64,000 bases of DNA from Cellvibrionaceae bacterium (lineage in GTDB: Bacteria; Pseudomonadota; Gammaproteobacteria; Pseudomonadales; Cellvibrionaceae): positions 6,455 through 70,454 of the forward strand of contig JAGKWQ010000014.1 of NCBI GenBank assembly GCA_021151825.1, read 5' to 3'. The notes under the pieces were generated by a model. It was not told the DNA's origin and did not search any database. It worked only from the letters and a program-made list of their open reading frames with translations. How positions within the stretch are numbered: position 1 is the stretch's first letter; the number at the start of each line of letters is the position of its first letter. A program made the position numbers and the translations under genes. Shown here piece after piece: positions 16,101 through 24,891 of this stretch.

Positions 16101-19100
16101 TACACGCTGCCAATGTTAATGCCGACGATATTGATTACGTAGAGGCCCATGGTTCGGGGACAAAATTGGGTGATCCCCAGGAAGTGGATGCACTGAATAA
16201 AGTATTTGGTCATCGCCGCCGCCCATTATGGTTAGGCAGTGTGAAATCCAATATGGGGCATTTGGAAAGTGCTGCCGGATTAGCCGGTCTGATGAAACTC
16301 GCACTTTCGCTAAAACAGGGTTTGTTAGCTCCCAACCTGCATTTTTCTACACCCAATAGCATGATCGATTGGGAGAATTCCCCATTACGAGTGGTTAATA
16401 AATTAATTGCCTGGCCAGAGAGTAAATCACCACGCACAGGTGCTATCAGTTCATTAGGTATTAATGGCACGAATGTTCATGTTATTGCTCAATCGCATTC
16501 GGCCGCTGAATACCCGGTTGTACCCGTTCGCCATAACGCGCCCTATTTATTTACCTTATCGTCAAAATCAGATGCCAGTTTACGCAATACTGTAAAAGCA
16601 TTTTCTGAAACAGATTTATCAGTTTATCCGCTGGCAGAATTATGCCGTGCAGTTAATTTCCAACGTTCCAGCTATGCATCACGTTTTGCTTGCCTGGTTT
16701 CCAGCACAGAAGAGCTGCAAAAAAAATTGCAACGTTATGTTGATGGAAACTCCGTACCATCCTGTCTGGCTTCGCCAGGTGGTCGTTTTGGCCGGGAACC
16801 TGTTGTATTTCTCTATACCGGCCAGGGGTCGCAATATTCCGGGATGGGTGAAAGCCTATATAAAAATTCGCCGCATTTTAAAGTTTCATTTGATGAATGT
16901 GACCGTTTATTTGCAGAAACACTTGGCGTATCCCTGCTTGATGTCCTGTACGGTGAACAAAAGGATTTATTGTCACAAACGCATATATCCCAGGCATTAA
17001 TTTTTAGTATTGAATATGCATTAACTGCTTTCTGGCACTCGCTGGATATTGTTCCCGATTATGTATTGGGGCATAGCATCGGCGAATACGCAGCGGCCTG
17101 CGCGGCAGGAATTTTGGAATTACCTGATGCAGTAGCAATGGTGTCCCTGCGTGGCAACGTGATGCAAGGCAGCAATGCCTCGGGCAAGATGGTGGGAATA
17201 TTAGGTAGCCGCGAACAAGTAGACACGCTGTTGGCAGAGTGTCCGGGCGCTTATATCGCAGCAGTGAATACAGCGGAAAATTTCACAATCGCTGGCACAA
17301 CAACAGCTGTTGAAAAATGTGTTGCCGCAGCAAAGCAAGCAAGAGTTTTTACTGAAGCCTTGCCAATGCAACACGCTTTCCATACTCCATTGATGGCTGC
17401 GTCAGCGGCGGAACTTGCACAAGGTTTGGATGGCATTCGATTTAATTCCCCAACAATTCCTTTTGTGTCTACTAAAACCGGACGTGTGATTGAATCAGCC
17501 ACGGATATTGGTGTGAGTTACTGGAGTGAACATCTCTCTTCACCGGTATTATTCGCCGATGCAATACAGACGCTGATACAAGCTGGGGCAAATTATTTTA
17601 TCGAGTTAGGTGGTACTGCAACCCTGACGGGCCTGGCCGCACAAATTATTGATACTGATGATGCCTGTTTTGTTCCATCATTGCGCCAAAACCGCGATGC
17701 CTGGACCCAGATTAGTGAAAGCCTCGCACAACTTTATTTACAAGGCGCTGCTGTAAATTGGAAATCGTTCCATGGCGGACGCCCGACACCGCTCACGTCC
17801 TTGCCTAATACCGTTTATCAACGTGAAACCTATTGGTTTAAAAAACTGAATGAAAGCACCAATTCAGAAACACAAATTCAAAATAAATCCAATCTGATAA
17901 GCACTGCCACTGTTGCTATTGCAGCAAAAACTCCTGCTAGAGACATCGCCCCCGTTGTTACTGAATTAACACTACAAACGGTGGTTTCTGATGTTCGCCA
18001 AATGATTAGCCAGGTAACTGGTGTGGCGGAAACAGATCTCGCTGATGACGTACATTTATTTTCCCTGGGCGTTGATTCATTGATGCTGGTGCAGCTTGAT
18101 AAACGCATCACCGGGCGTTATCAGGTTGAAATAACCATGGGTGAGTTTTTTAGCGAATTGAATACGCCACAAGCGATAGCAAATCATATTTTTACCAAGA
18201 CCCCGGAAGAAATTCGTGCTCGTTATCGCCAGATAATTACTCCTGCTGAGGCTGGATTACCTGCTGTGCCAGCAGCCGATGCAAGTATTGCGGCGATTGT
18301 GCAAACCCAGTTGGCATTAATGCAACAACAATTGGCGTTATTAGGTGGGCAGCCAATCAATGTTAATTCATCGGTTGGTCCTGTTGCGATAACGTCTGTG
18401 CCGGGCACAAAAAAACCATTGCTTGCGCCAGAGAAAAAGCGTGCAAATATTCGTGATATTGTTCTTGAAGAAGAAAATATTAATGCGCAACAAAAAGCAT
18501 TTGTTGCGCAACTTGTCAGTGAGCTGACGGCGAGAACCGGCAAATCAAAAATTTATGCGGAGCAGCATCGCGATGGTTTTGCAGACTGGATTGCCACGCT
18601 CAATTTCACACTAACGACCAAAGAATTAATTTATCCGCTGGTTGCAGAAAGCTCGAAAGGTAGCCGCTTCCTCGATATTGATGGCAACGAATATATTGAT
18701 ACTGCCATGGGTTATGGTGTTTGCCTGTTCGGACACAACCCCGATTTTGTGGCAGAGGCAATCCAGCAGCAATTGGTGAAGGGAATAGAACTTGGCCCTC
18801 AATCTGCAATTGCAGGCGAGGTAGCGCAATTGGTGCGAGACCTGACTGGGGTTGAACGGGTTGCATTTGCGAATACCGGCACAGAAGCAGTAATGGTTGC
18901 TATACGCCTTGCCCGCGCTGCAACAGGTCGCCGTAAAATTGTTCGATTTATTACATCCTTCCATGGTTCATTTGATGGTGTGCTTGCAGAAGTTGGTGAA
19001 AATGGTTCAGAACCAATGGCATCCGGTATTCCACAATCCATGGTCGATGACACTATCGTTTTGCATTACGGTGCAGAAGATTCATTAACCCGAATTATTG

Positions 19101-22100
19101 AGCAAGCAGAAGATATTGCTGCTGTTTTGGTTGAACCGGTGCAAAGCCGTAATCCCGGCTTTCATCCGCGTGAATATTTGCATGCGCTGCGCGACCTTAC
19201 ACAACATCATGGTATCGCGTTAATTTTCGATGAAATGGTAACAGGTTTTCGCTGTCATCCTGCTGGTGCGCAAGCATATTTTGAGGTGCAAGCCGACCTG
19301 GTGACTTATGGAAAAATTGCCGGTGGTGGAATGCCTATCGGAATTGTTGCTGGCAAGAAAATATTTATGGATGCCATCGACGGCGGCACCTGGCGCTTTG
19401 GTGATACATCTGGCCCCGGTGCTGAAACAACATTTTTTGCCGGAACATTTTGTAAACATCCGCTCACCATGGCTGCAGCACGTGCCGTGCTTACTCGTAT
19501 TAAGGAAGAGGGCGTATCATTACAAGAACGTATCACACGCATGGCAATCGCGTTGGTTGAACGGCTAAACCATTATTTTGATGCGGACCAGGTTCCAATC
19601 AAAATGAAAATGTTTAGTTCAATGTATCGCTTTGAAACTGGAGCCTCGCAGGATCTACCGCGCTTGTCATTGGAAATGAATTTGTTTTTCCGGTTGATGC
19701 AATTGCAAGGTGTTTATGTATGGGAACGGCGCACCTGTTTCTTTTCAGCGGCTCACAGTGATGCGGATGTTGACCGGATTTTTGCTGCCGTTTGTTACGC
19801 CGTAAAACGATTACGTGAAGGCGGATTTAGTTTTCGTGCGTTAACAAAAAATGCCGAGCCAAATAATTTCCCGGGTACTACAGGGCGTCATCCGTTATCG
19901 GCAGAAGAGCGCAGATTATATGTCCTTAGTAATCTCAATGGCGGTACGCAAGCCTATAAAATCCGGGGTGCATTGAAACTCTCGGGTACGCTGGAGCTCC
20001 AGCGTTTGGAGAATGCCCTTGCCACTGTAGTTCAGCGTCATGACACGTTACGCAGCCATTATGAAATTTCTGCCCAAGGAATTGAACGTGTTATTAATGA
20101 TGAGGTAGCGGTTAATCTTGAACGCCATTACCCTGCCAGCAGCGATTCCCTTGACGATATTCTTAACATTGAAAAATCCTATCCACTGACCCAGGCACCG
20201 CTGTGGCATATTTCGCTGATTCAACTGGGTGCTACAGAACACATATTGGTATTTGATTTTCATCACTTGATTGCGGATGGTTTGTCCATATCGATCATCA
20301 TTGATGACCTTATGGCTATTTATAGTGGCAGCGATGCAAAACCGGTAACGTTAACCTATAGCGACTATGTGCAATGGCAAACCGGTTTTGTTACCGGAGT
20401 CACATTTGCGCAGCAAAAAAATTATTGGTTGGATAATTTACTGCCATTACCTGATCCCCTGGCATTACCGTCAGACTTTAACCGCCCTCCGCATAATGAT
20501 TTTTGTGGTGGCTCGCTTGAATTCCAGATTGATTCTGTACAAAACGGCAAGCTTAAATCTATTGCGAAACAGCAACAGGTAACCCCGTTCATGCTGTTGC
20601 TTGCCAGCTATGCCATTTTGGTTCATAAATTAAGCCAGCAAGATGATATTTGCATCGGCGTTCCATTTGATCTGCGCGGCAATGGCAATTTCGAGCGTAC
20701 TATCGGAATGTTTGCCCAGACATTGATTTTGCGTCTGAACACAGATCGAAAAATTCCGTTTACACAATTACTTGAACATGTGCGCACACAATGTGCCGCA
20801 GCCTATTCTCATCCGAATGTTCCGTTGGATGCGATTATCGAAGAGTTGAATGTGGTGCGCGAAATGAGTCGCAACCCGGTTTTCGATACGATGTTTATTT
20901 ATGAAACCGGAGATAGCCGCCTTACAGGAACCCAGGGTTTGGAGGTGGAAACATTACCACTTAAGACACAAGGTTCTGCATTTGATTTGACATTGGAGAT
21001 CACCGAGGAGCGTGGGAACCTGCGCTGCTCATTTATCTATGCAAAACGATTGTTCCGCGCCGAAACGATTAATCGCTGGAAATCTTATTTTGAAACTATT
21101 CTCGATCAAATTATTGAGAACGCAGATGTTACCTTGAATGCAATTAATATCCTGCATAAACAAGATGAACAACGATTATTAGTCGAATTTAACAATAGCC
21201 AGCGCAACTACGATTTCGATCATTCACTTCCGCATTTGCTATCCGCTGCGGCACAACAGCACGCAGACAATATTGCACTGGTTGTTGATAGTCCAAGCGG
21301 AAAAGTACACTTAAGTTATCGTCAGTTAGATGCTGAATCGGATCGGCTGGCACATTATCTCATTGCGCAAGGTGCTGGTGCGGGCCATTGCATCGGTATT
21401 TTATTAAAACGCGAAGCCTCGCTAATTGTTGCGCTCCTGGCTGTATTAAAGGCCGGGGCCGCTTATGTTCCGCTTGATCCTGAATATCCGACGGCACGAC
21501 TCTCCTATATGGTTGAGCGGGCTGGTGTAAGTTTATTGATTAGCAAACCGGAATTGGTTTCAGGTTTGAATTACAACAGCCACCTGATAAATCCGGATGA
21601 CGTTCCCGATACAACAACTGCTCACCAGCTTCCGGTAATAAATCCGCATGATCTGGCATACGTTATTTTTACTTCCGGCTCCACTGGAAACCCTAAAGGG
21701 GTGATGCTTGAACATCGCAATCTCGTCAATTTTGTATTGTCGATGCAAGAGCAGTTGGCACTCTCTGCTCATTCAGTAGTATTAGGCCTGACAACTTTCT
21801 CCTTCGATATTTTTGTGCTGGAAGTCTTCGTCACCCTGGCCCAGGGCGCGCGACTGGTTCTTGCCAACGAACAGCAACAACAAAACCCTGAATTGTTAAG
21901 TCAATTGATGCAGGATACGGCGGTTAATGTTGCACAAATGACGCCCAGCCGTTTGCAATTATTTCTGTCTGTGGCAAGTGCGCAGCCTGTACTGAAACAG
22001 TTGGAAATTCTTTTAGTCGGTGGGGAAGCATTCCCCGCGCAATATCTGACGCAATTACAACAATTTCCGCAACTCCGTTTATTAAATATGTACGGCCCAA

Positions 22101-23611
22101 CGGAGACTTGTGTGTGGTCTGTCATAAAAGATCTGACAACTGCAACGGAAGTGACTCTTGGTAAACCGATTGCCAATACTCGCCTGTACGTAATGGACCA
22201 AAACCATTCCCTCCTGGCAGAGGGGGCCAAGGGCGAATTATTTATTGCCGGTGCCGGTGTTGCACGTGGTTATTGGCAAGATGATGAGCGCACTGCGCAA
22301 TCATTTCTGGATGATCCTTTTGTTGCCGGGGAAAAAATGTATGCCACGGGTGATATTGTTTCCTGGACGATGGATGGCGAACTTGGTTATCACGGCCGTC
22401 GCGATAATCAAATCAAACTGCGTGGTTATCGGATTGAATTGCAAGATATTGAAGCTGCATTGCTATCCTTCGCAAAAATTGAAACCGGTGCAGTAGTTGT
22501 CAGACATTTAAGCGAACACAACCCTGTCCTGGCCGCCTTTTACAAAGCACAGGATTCTGTTGCTGACAGCGATCTGGAATTGGAATTACGCACTTATCTG
22601 CGCTCACGACTGCCGGAATATATGGTTCCTTCGGTTCTGGTTTCCCTGCCTAATTTGCCGTTGACGCCTAATGGAAAAATTGACCGGAAAAGTTTACCAG
22701 AAAATATCCACTCCATCGGGCTACAACAACAGCTCCCGGAAAGTGTGGACATTGATGATGGTGCTACAGAAGACCCAATCATTGCAAAGATACGTTCAGT
22801 GTGGAAAAAAATTCTGGGCGAAAAAAATATTTCCCAACACAGCAGTTTTTTTGATGTGGGTGGTAACTCATTTAGCTTGATGTTAATGCACGCTGGTTTA
22901 AATGAACATTATCCGGATGTTGTCGACGTCACCGATATTTTTTCCAATCCCACAATTCGTTCATTACGCGATTTAATTGTGCAACGCATCGATCAGCAGG
23001 ATGAATTTTCATTTACCGAGATTCGCTTGCCCGCTGATTTTTTTGACGTGAGCGGGAATACCAGTAGTGCCAGCCATATGCAGATAGAGCTGGATAAGAG
23101 CTGGACTGTAAAAGCTGTTGGTTTGGCTGCGCGCTATGCGGTGGATACTTACGATGTTGTACTGGCGATGAAAGCACTTTACCTCAACAAGTTACTCGAT
23201 CAAAACCGCATAACGGTATATGCCCCGGCCAGAGAAATTACGATCAATACAGCGGCAGGATTTATTGCTATTGATCTCGATTTCAATCAATTGGCGGATA
23301 TGGAAAGCCTGCTCCATGCGGTACACAAACAGCGTACTTTGACGATTGCATCAACAACAATTCACACCGATATTCCATCGCCAAAACGCAAACACGATGA
23401 TGGTGTAATTGCATTATTTCGCGATCAACATTCTAGTGATACACAAGATCCGCGATCATTCGATATGGTTTATAGCCTGAAGCTCCACGATGCCGGAACG
23501 GCATTGCGCGTGGATTTTAACCAGCGTCGATTGTGCGAGAAAAAAATAAATGGCTTTTTAGGTGGCTATGTAAAGCTCATGAAAGCCGTCGTTGAAGCTT
23601 CCGAAGGATGA
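13196..23611 (+). CDS. Starter megasynthase FAAL-ACP-KS-AT-ACP-aminotransferase-C-A(Gly)-T-truncated C (MycA-like)
   Basis: FAAL FIQFSSGSTGAPKG; ACP GLTS; KS DTACSSS/EAHGSGT/NMGHLE; AT GHSIG/HAFH; ACP GVDS; class III aminotransferase FDEMVTGFR/TYGKIAGGG; C HHLIADG; A code read manually as DILQLGMVWK (Gly); T GGNS; final ~200 aa resemble only the C-terminal lobe of a C domain. Confidence 0.9.
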   Translation: MFTTLIDALIACKKTEKGIVFIKNTEEDDFLSYADLYKRAIHLLAHLQHSGVQSGDELVLQCASLQELMEGYWACLLGKIVPVPLALADQGENALKVFNVWSALQKPWLLADTPAVLEKLSSFAGKHNLANEFIEISTKTLLIEHFPEDSGTPELPTVTQDDIAFIQFSSGSTGAPKGVVLTHHNLLVNIRDILASVQHTESDSFLSWKPISHDFGMIAFHLAPVVGGSTQYRISTDAYIWSPSLWFSSVNKYRATILGSPNFGYRHFLNLYRRGNPDGFVWDLSCVKAIFNGAEPISAKLCDEFYRELAPYQLSQNAMRPGYGLAEASLIVSLCKPTDLVREISISRHQVSQGQAIEIVSPDHKDAVQFVDCGVPYPSTQVRITNKNRKPVAEGMVGNVEIKGENVTTGYYANESATKEVLDSDGWLNTQDLGFIHEGRLFIVGRTKEMIIIGGVNYFPHDIEKAILHEMGDGDLNRFIACGIKSVKTESEQLVIFVYHKKSSQDFAPLVEQVKKIVLDSLNLRVAHVVPVKRIPKTTSGKVKRFALVQAFNEGAYDAELETLGQPREQIINPAINAEPQAENESFPAIKLADIRKRVCALVAALSGISSIDPSASFFDLGLTSLKLVILQEQIEESFGVQLSSTSTLDNPTAESLTQNIFNTLTARSVDVTHQKPANHIANNDAIAIIGMACRFPGETNTPDAFWQLLANSIDPVADMPLERWQDDLQAQVNVTTRKGGFLKQVDQFDPYFFGISPIEAESLDPQQRLLLEVCHESFENSGLDVPALIGSNTGVFLGISGSEYAAVAKEYGHGTGPYTFTGSMFNTAAGRISYVYGLQGPCIASDTACSSSLVAVHQASRELRSFSCDMAVAAAVNLMLKPDGHISFSKMNALSGQGKCRSFDENADGYIRSEGCAAIVMKRLADAERDGDNIIAVILGSAVNHNGRSGGLTVPSGNAQEKLVRKALHAANVNADDIDYVEAHGSGTKLGDPQEVDALNKVFGHRRRPLWLGSVKSNMGHLESAAGLAGLMKLALSLKQGLLAPNLHFSTPNSMIDWENSPLRVVNKLIAWPESKSPRTGAISSLGINGTNVHVIAQSHSAAEYPVVPVRHNAPYLFTLSSKSDASLRNTVKAFSETDLSVYPLAELCRAVNFQRSSYASRFACLVSSTEELQKKLQRYVDGNSVPSCLASPGGRFGREPVVFLYTGQGSQYSGMGESLYKNSPHFKVSFDECDRLFAETLGVSLLDVLYGEQKDLLSQTHISQALIFSIEYALTAFWHSLDIVPDYVLGHSIGEYAAACAAGILELPDAVAMVSLRGNVMQGSNASGKMVGILGSREQVDTLLAECPGAYIAAVNTAENFTIAGTTTAVEKCVAAAKQARVFTEALPMQHAFHTPLMAASAAELAQGLDGIRFNSPTIPFVSTKTGRVIESATDIGVSYWSEHLSSPVLFADAIQTLIQAGANYFIELGGTATLTGLAAQIIDTDDACFVPSLRQNRDAWTQISESLAQLYLQGAAVNWKSFHGGRPTPLTSLPNTVYQRETYWFKKLNESTNSETQIQNKSNLISTATVAIAAKTPARDIAPVVTELTLQTVVSDVRQMISQVTGVAETDLADDVHLFSLGVDSLMLVQLDKRITGRYQVEITMGEFFSELNTPQAIANHIFTKTPEEIRARYRQIITPAEAGLPAVPAADASIAAIVQTQLALMQQQLALLGGQPINVNSSVGPVAITSVPGTKKPLLAPEKKRANIRDIVLEEENINAQQKAFVAQLVSELTARTGKSKIYAEQHRDGFADWIATLNFTLTTKELIYPLVAESSKGSRFLDIDGNEYIDTAMGYGVCLFGHNPDFVAEAIQQQLVKGIELGPQSAIAGEVAQLVRDLTGVERVAFANTGTEAVMVAIRLARAATGRRKIVRFITSFHGSFDGVLAEVGENGSEPMASGIPQSMVDDTIVLHYGAEDSLTRIIEQAEDIAAVLVEPVQSRNPGFHPREYLHALRDLTQHHGIALIFDEMVTGFRCHPAGAQAYFEVQADLVTYGKIAGGGMPIGIVAGKKIFMDAIDGGTWRFGDTSGPGAETTFFAGTFCKHPLTMAAARAVLTRIKEEGVSLQERITRMAIALVERLNHYFDADQVPIKMKMFSSMYRFETGASQDLPRLSLEMNLFFRLMQLQGVYVWERRTCFFSAAHSDADVDRIFAAVCYAVKRLREGGFSFRALTKNAEPNNFPGTTGRHPLSAEERRLYVLSNLNGGTQAYKIRGALKLSGTLELQRLENALATVVQRHDTLRSHYEISAQGIERVINDEVAVNLERHYPASSDSLDDILNIEKSYPLTQAPLWHISLIQLGATEHILVFDFHHLIADGLSISIIIDDLMAIYSGSDAKPVTLTYSDYVQWQTGFVTGVTFAQQKNYWLDNLLPLPDPLALPSDFNRPPHNDFCGGSLEFQIDSVQNGKLKSIAKQQQVTPFMLLLASYAILVHKLSQQDDICIGVPFDLRGNGNFERTIGMFAQTLILRLNTDRKIPFTQLLEHVRTQCAAAYSHPNVPLDAIIEELNVVREMSRNPVFDTMFIYETGDSRLTGTQGLEVETLPLKTQGSAFDLTLEITEERGNLRCSFIYAKRLFRAETINRWKSYFETILDQIIENADVTLNAINILHKQDEQRLLVEFNNSQRNYDFDHSLPHLLSAAAQQHADNIALVVDSPSGKVHLSYRQLDAESDRLAHYLIAQGAGAGHCIGILLKREASLIVALLAVLKAGAAYVPLDPEYPTARLSYMVERAGVSLLISKPELVSGLNYNSHLINPDDVPDTTTAHQLPVINPHDLAYVIFTSGSTGNPKGVMLEHRNLVNFVLSMQEQLALSAHSVVLGLTTFSFDIFVLEVFVTLAQGARLVLANEQQQQNPELLSQLMQDTAVNVAQMTPSRLQLFLSVASAQPVLKQLEILLVGGEAFPAQYLTQLQQFPQLRLLNMYGPTETCVWSVIKDLTTATEVTLGKPIANTRLYVMDQNHSLLAEGAKGELFIAGAGVARGYWQDDERTAQSFLDDPFVAGEKMYATGDIVSWTMDGELGYHGRRDNQIKLRGYRIELQDIEAALLSFAKIETGAVVVRHLSEHNPVLAAFYKAQDSVADSDLELELRTYLRSRLPEYMVPSVLVSLPNLPLTPNGKIDRKSLPENIHSIGLQQQLPESVDIDDGATEDPIIAKIRSVWKKILGEKNISQHSSFFDVGGNSFSLMLMHAGLNEHYPDVVDVTDIFSNPTIRSLRDLIVQRIDQQDEFSFTEIRLPADFFDVSGNTSSASHMQIELDKSWTVKAVGLAARYAVDTYDVVLAMKALYLNKLLDQNRITVYAPAREITINTAAGFIAIDLDFNQLADMESLLHAVHKQRTLTIASTTIHTDIPSPKRKHDDGVIALFRDQHSSDTQDPRSFDMVYSLKLHDAGTALRVDFNQRRLCEKKINGFLGGYVKLMKAVVEASEG

Positions 23612-24873
23612 ATATTATTATGAAAAAAATTGCGGTGTTATTTTCCGGTCAGGGTTCCCAATATATAGGTATGGGTAAAGCCTTATATGAACAGCATGAC
23701 GCTGTCCGCAAACTTTATCAGGAAGCCTCGGACATTTTATCGATTGACATGGCCAAACTGTGTTTTGAAGGTCCTGCTGATCTGCTGAATAAAACTGAAA
23801 ATACCCAGCCGGCATTGTTGTTAAACAGTGTTGCTGCTTATCAGGTTTTTATTAATAACACGCGTTTATCGCCCCACGTTTTTGCCGGGCATAGCCTGGG
23901 TGAGTTGAGTGCATTGGTGTGTGCCGGAGCGCTGTCGGTTACGGATGGTTTGAGGTTGGCTCGCGCACGTGGCCTGGCTATGTCGCGCAGTGCCAATGAA
24001 GGCAATACCGGTATGTATGCAATCACCAAACTTGACCGCGATCACCTTGAAAAAATTGCCGCACAAGACCAAGACTTTGGTACAGCACTGGTAATTGCAA
24101 ATTTCAATTCAGCGCGGCAGCAAGTGTTATCGGGTGATTTAACCGCGCTTGCCCGTGTAGGTGAGCACATGAAAGCGGAAGGTGGCACCGTAATTCCATT
24201 GCGAGTAAGTGGCGCTTTTCACAGCCCTTATATGCAAGCAGCCGCGCAGGAGTTTAAAGAGTTATTACAAACCACTGAATTGAATCCGTTAAAAATTTCT
24301 GTGGTAGCCAATGTTGATGGAAAACCCTATCAATCAGTTGCTGAAATCAAGGAAAAGTTGGTGCAACAAATTACTGCACCGGTTTTATGGCAAGACACCA
24401 TGGAATATCTGCGCGATGCCAATGTAGATATATTTATTGAAGCAGGACCTGGTGAAGTTCTACGGAAATTAGCACAAATAAATATTGCCGGATGCAAAGC
24501 GTTTGCTTTGGACAAAACAGAAGAAGAACGCGAACTATTACAGGAGTTGGATGCTGATATTCGCCAGTTAAAAGAACAGCCCACATTATTAGGGAAATGT
24601 TTGGCTATCGCAGTTAGCACTAAAAATAATAATTGGGATGAAGCAAGTTATCGACAAGGAGTTGTTGAACCCTATCAAAAAATCAAGGAAATGTACGATC
24701 ACTCCAAACAATCATCAGTGGACCCCGCGCCATCACAATTGGCTGAAGCCCTGGATTTATTGCGCCTTATTTTTACCACCAAAGGCACACCGCCGGAAGA
24801 GCAACGCTTGCGTTACCTCCACATCGGCGAGGTAACAGGTAAACGCGATTTGATTGAAAAATATATAGCTTAA
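23608..24873 (+). CDS. Discrete acyltransferase (trans-AT), FenF/ItuD/ClbG-like with ~110-aa C-terminal extension
   Basis: FSGQGSQ, GHSLGE, SGAFHS, IEAGPG. Helical tail (CLAIAVSTKNNNWDEASY...FTTKGTPPEEQ) is absent from housekeeping FabD. ATGA-coupled to the starter gene. Confidence 0.88.
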   Translation: MNIIMKKIAVLFSGQGSQYIGMGKALYEQHDAVRKLYQEASDILSIDMAKLCFEGPADLLNKTENTQPALLLNSVAAYQVFINNTRLSPHVFAGHSLGELSALVCAGALSVTDGLRLARARGLAMSRSANEGNTGMYAITKLDRDHLEKIAAQDQDFGTALVIANFNSARQQVLSGDLTALARVGEHMKAEGGTVIPLRVSGAFHSPYMQAAAQEFKELLQTTELNPLKISVVANVDGKPYQSVAEIKEKLVQQITAPVLWQDTMEYLRDANVDIFIEAGPGEVLRKLAQINIAGCKAFALDKTEEERELLQELDADIRQLKEQPTLLGKCLAIAVSTKNNNWDEASYRQGVVEPYQKIKEMYDHSKQSSVDPAPSQLAEALDLLRLIFTTKGTPPEEQRLRYLHIGEVTGKRDLIEKYIA

Positions 24874-24891
24874 GTTGCCAAGAATCGTCCT

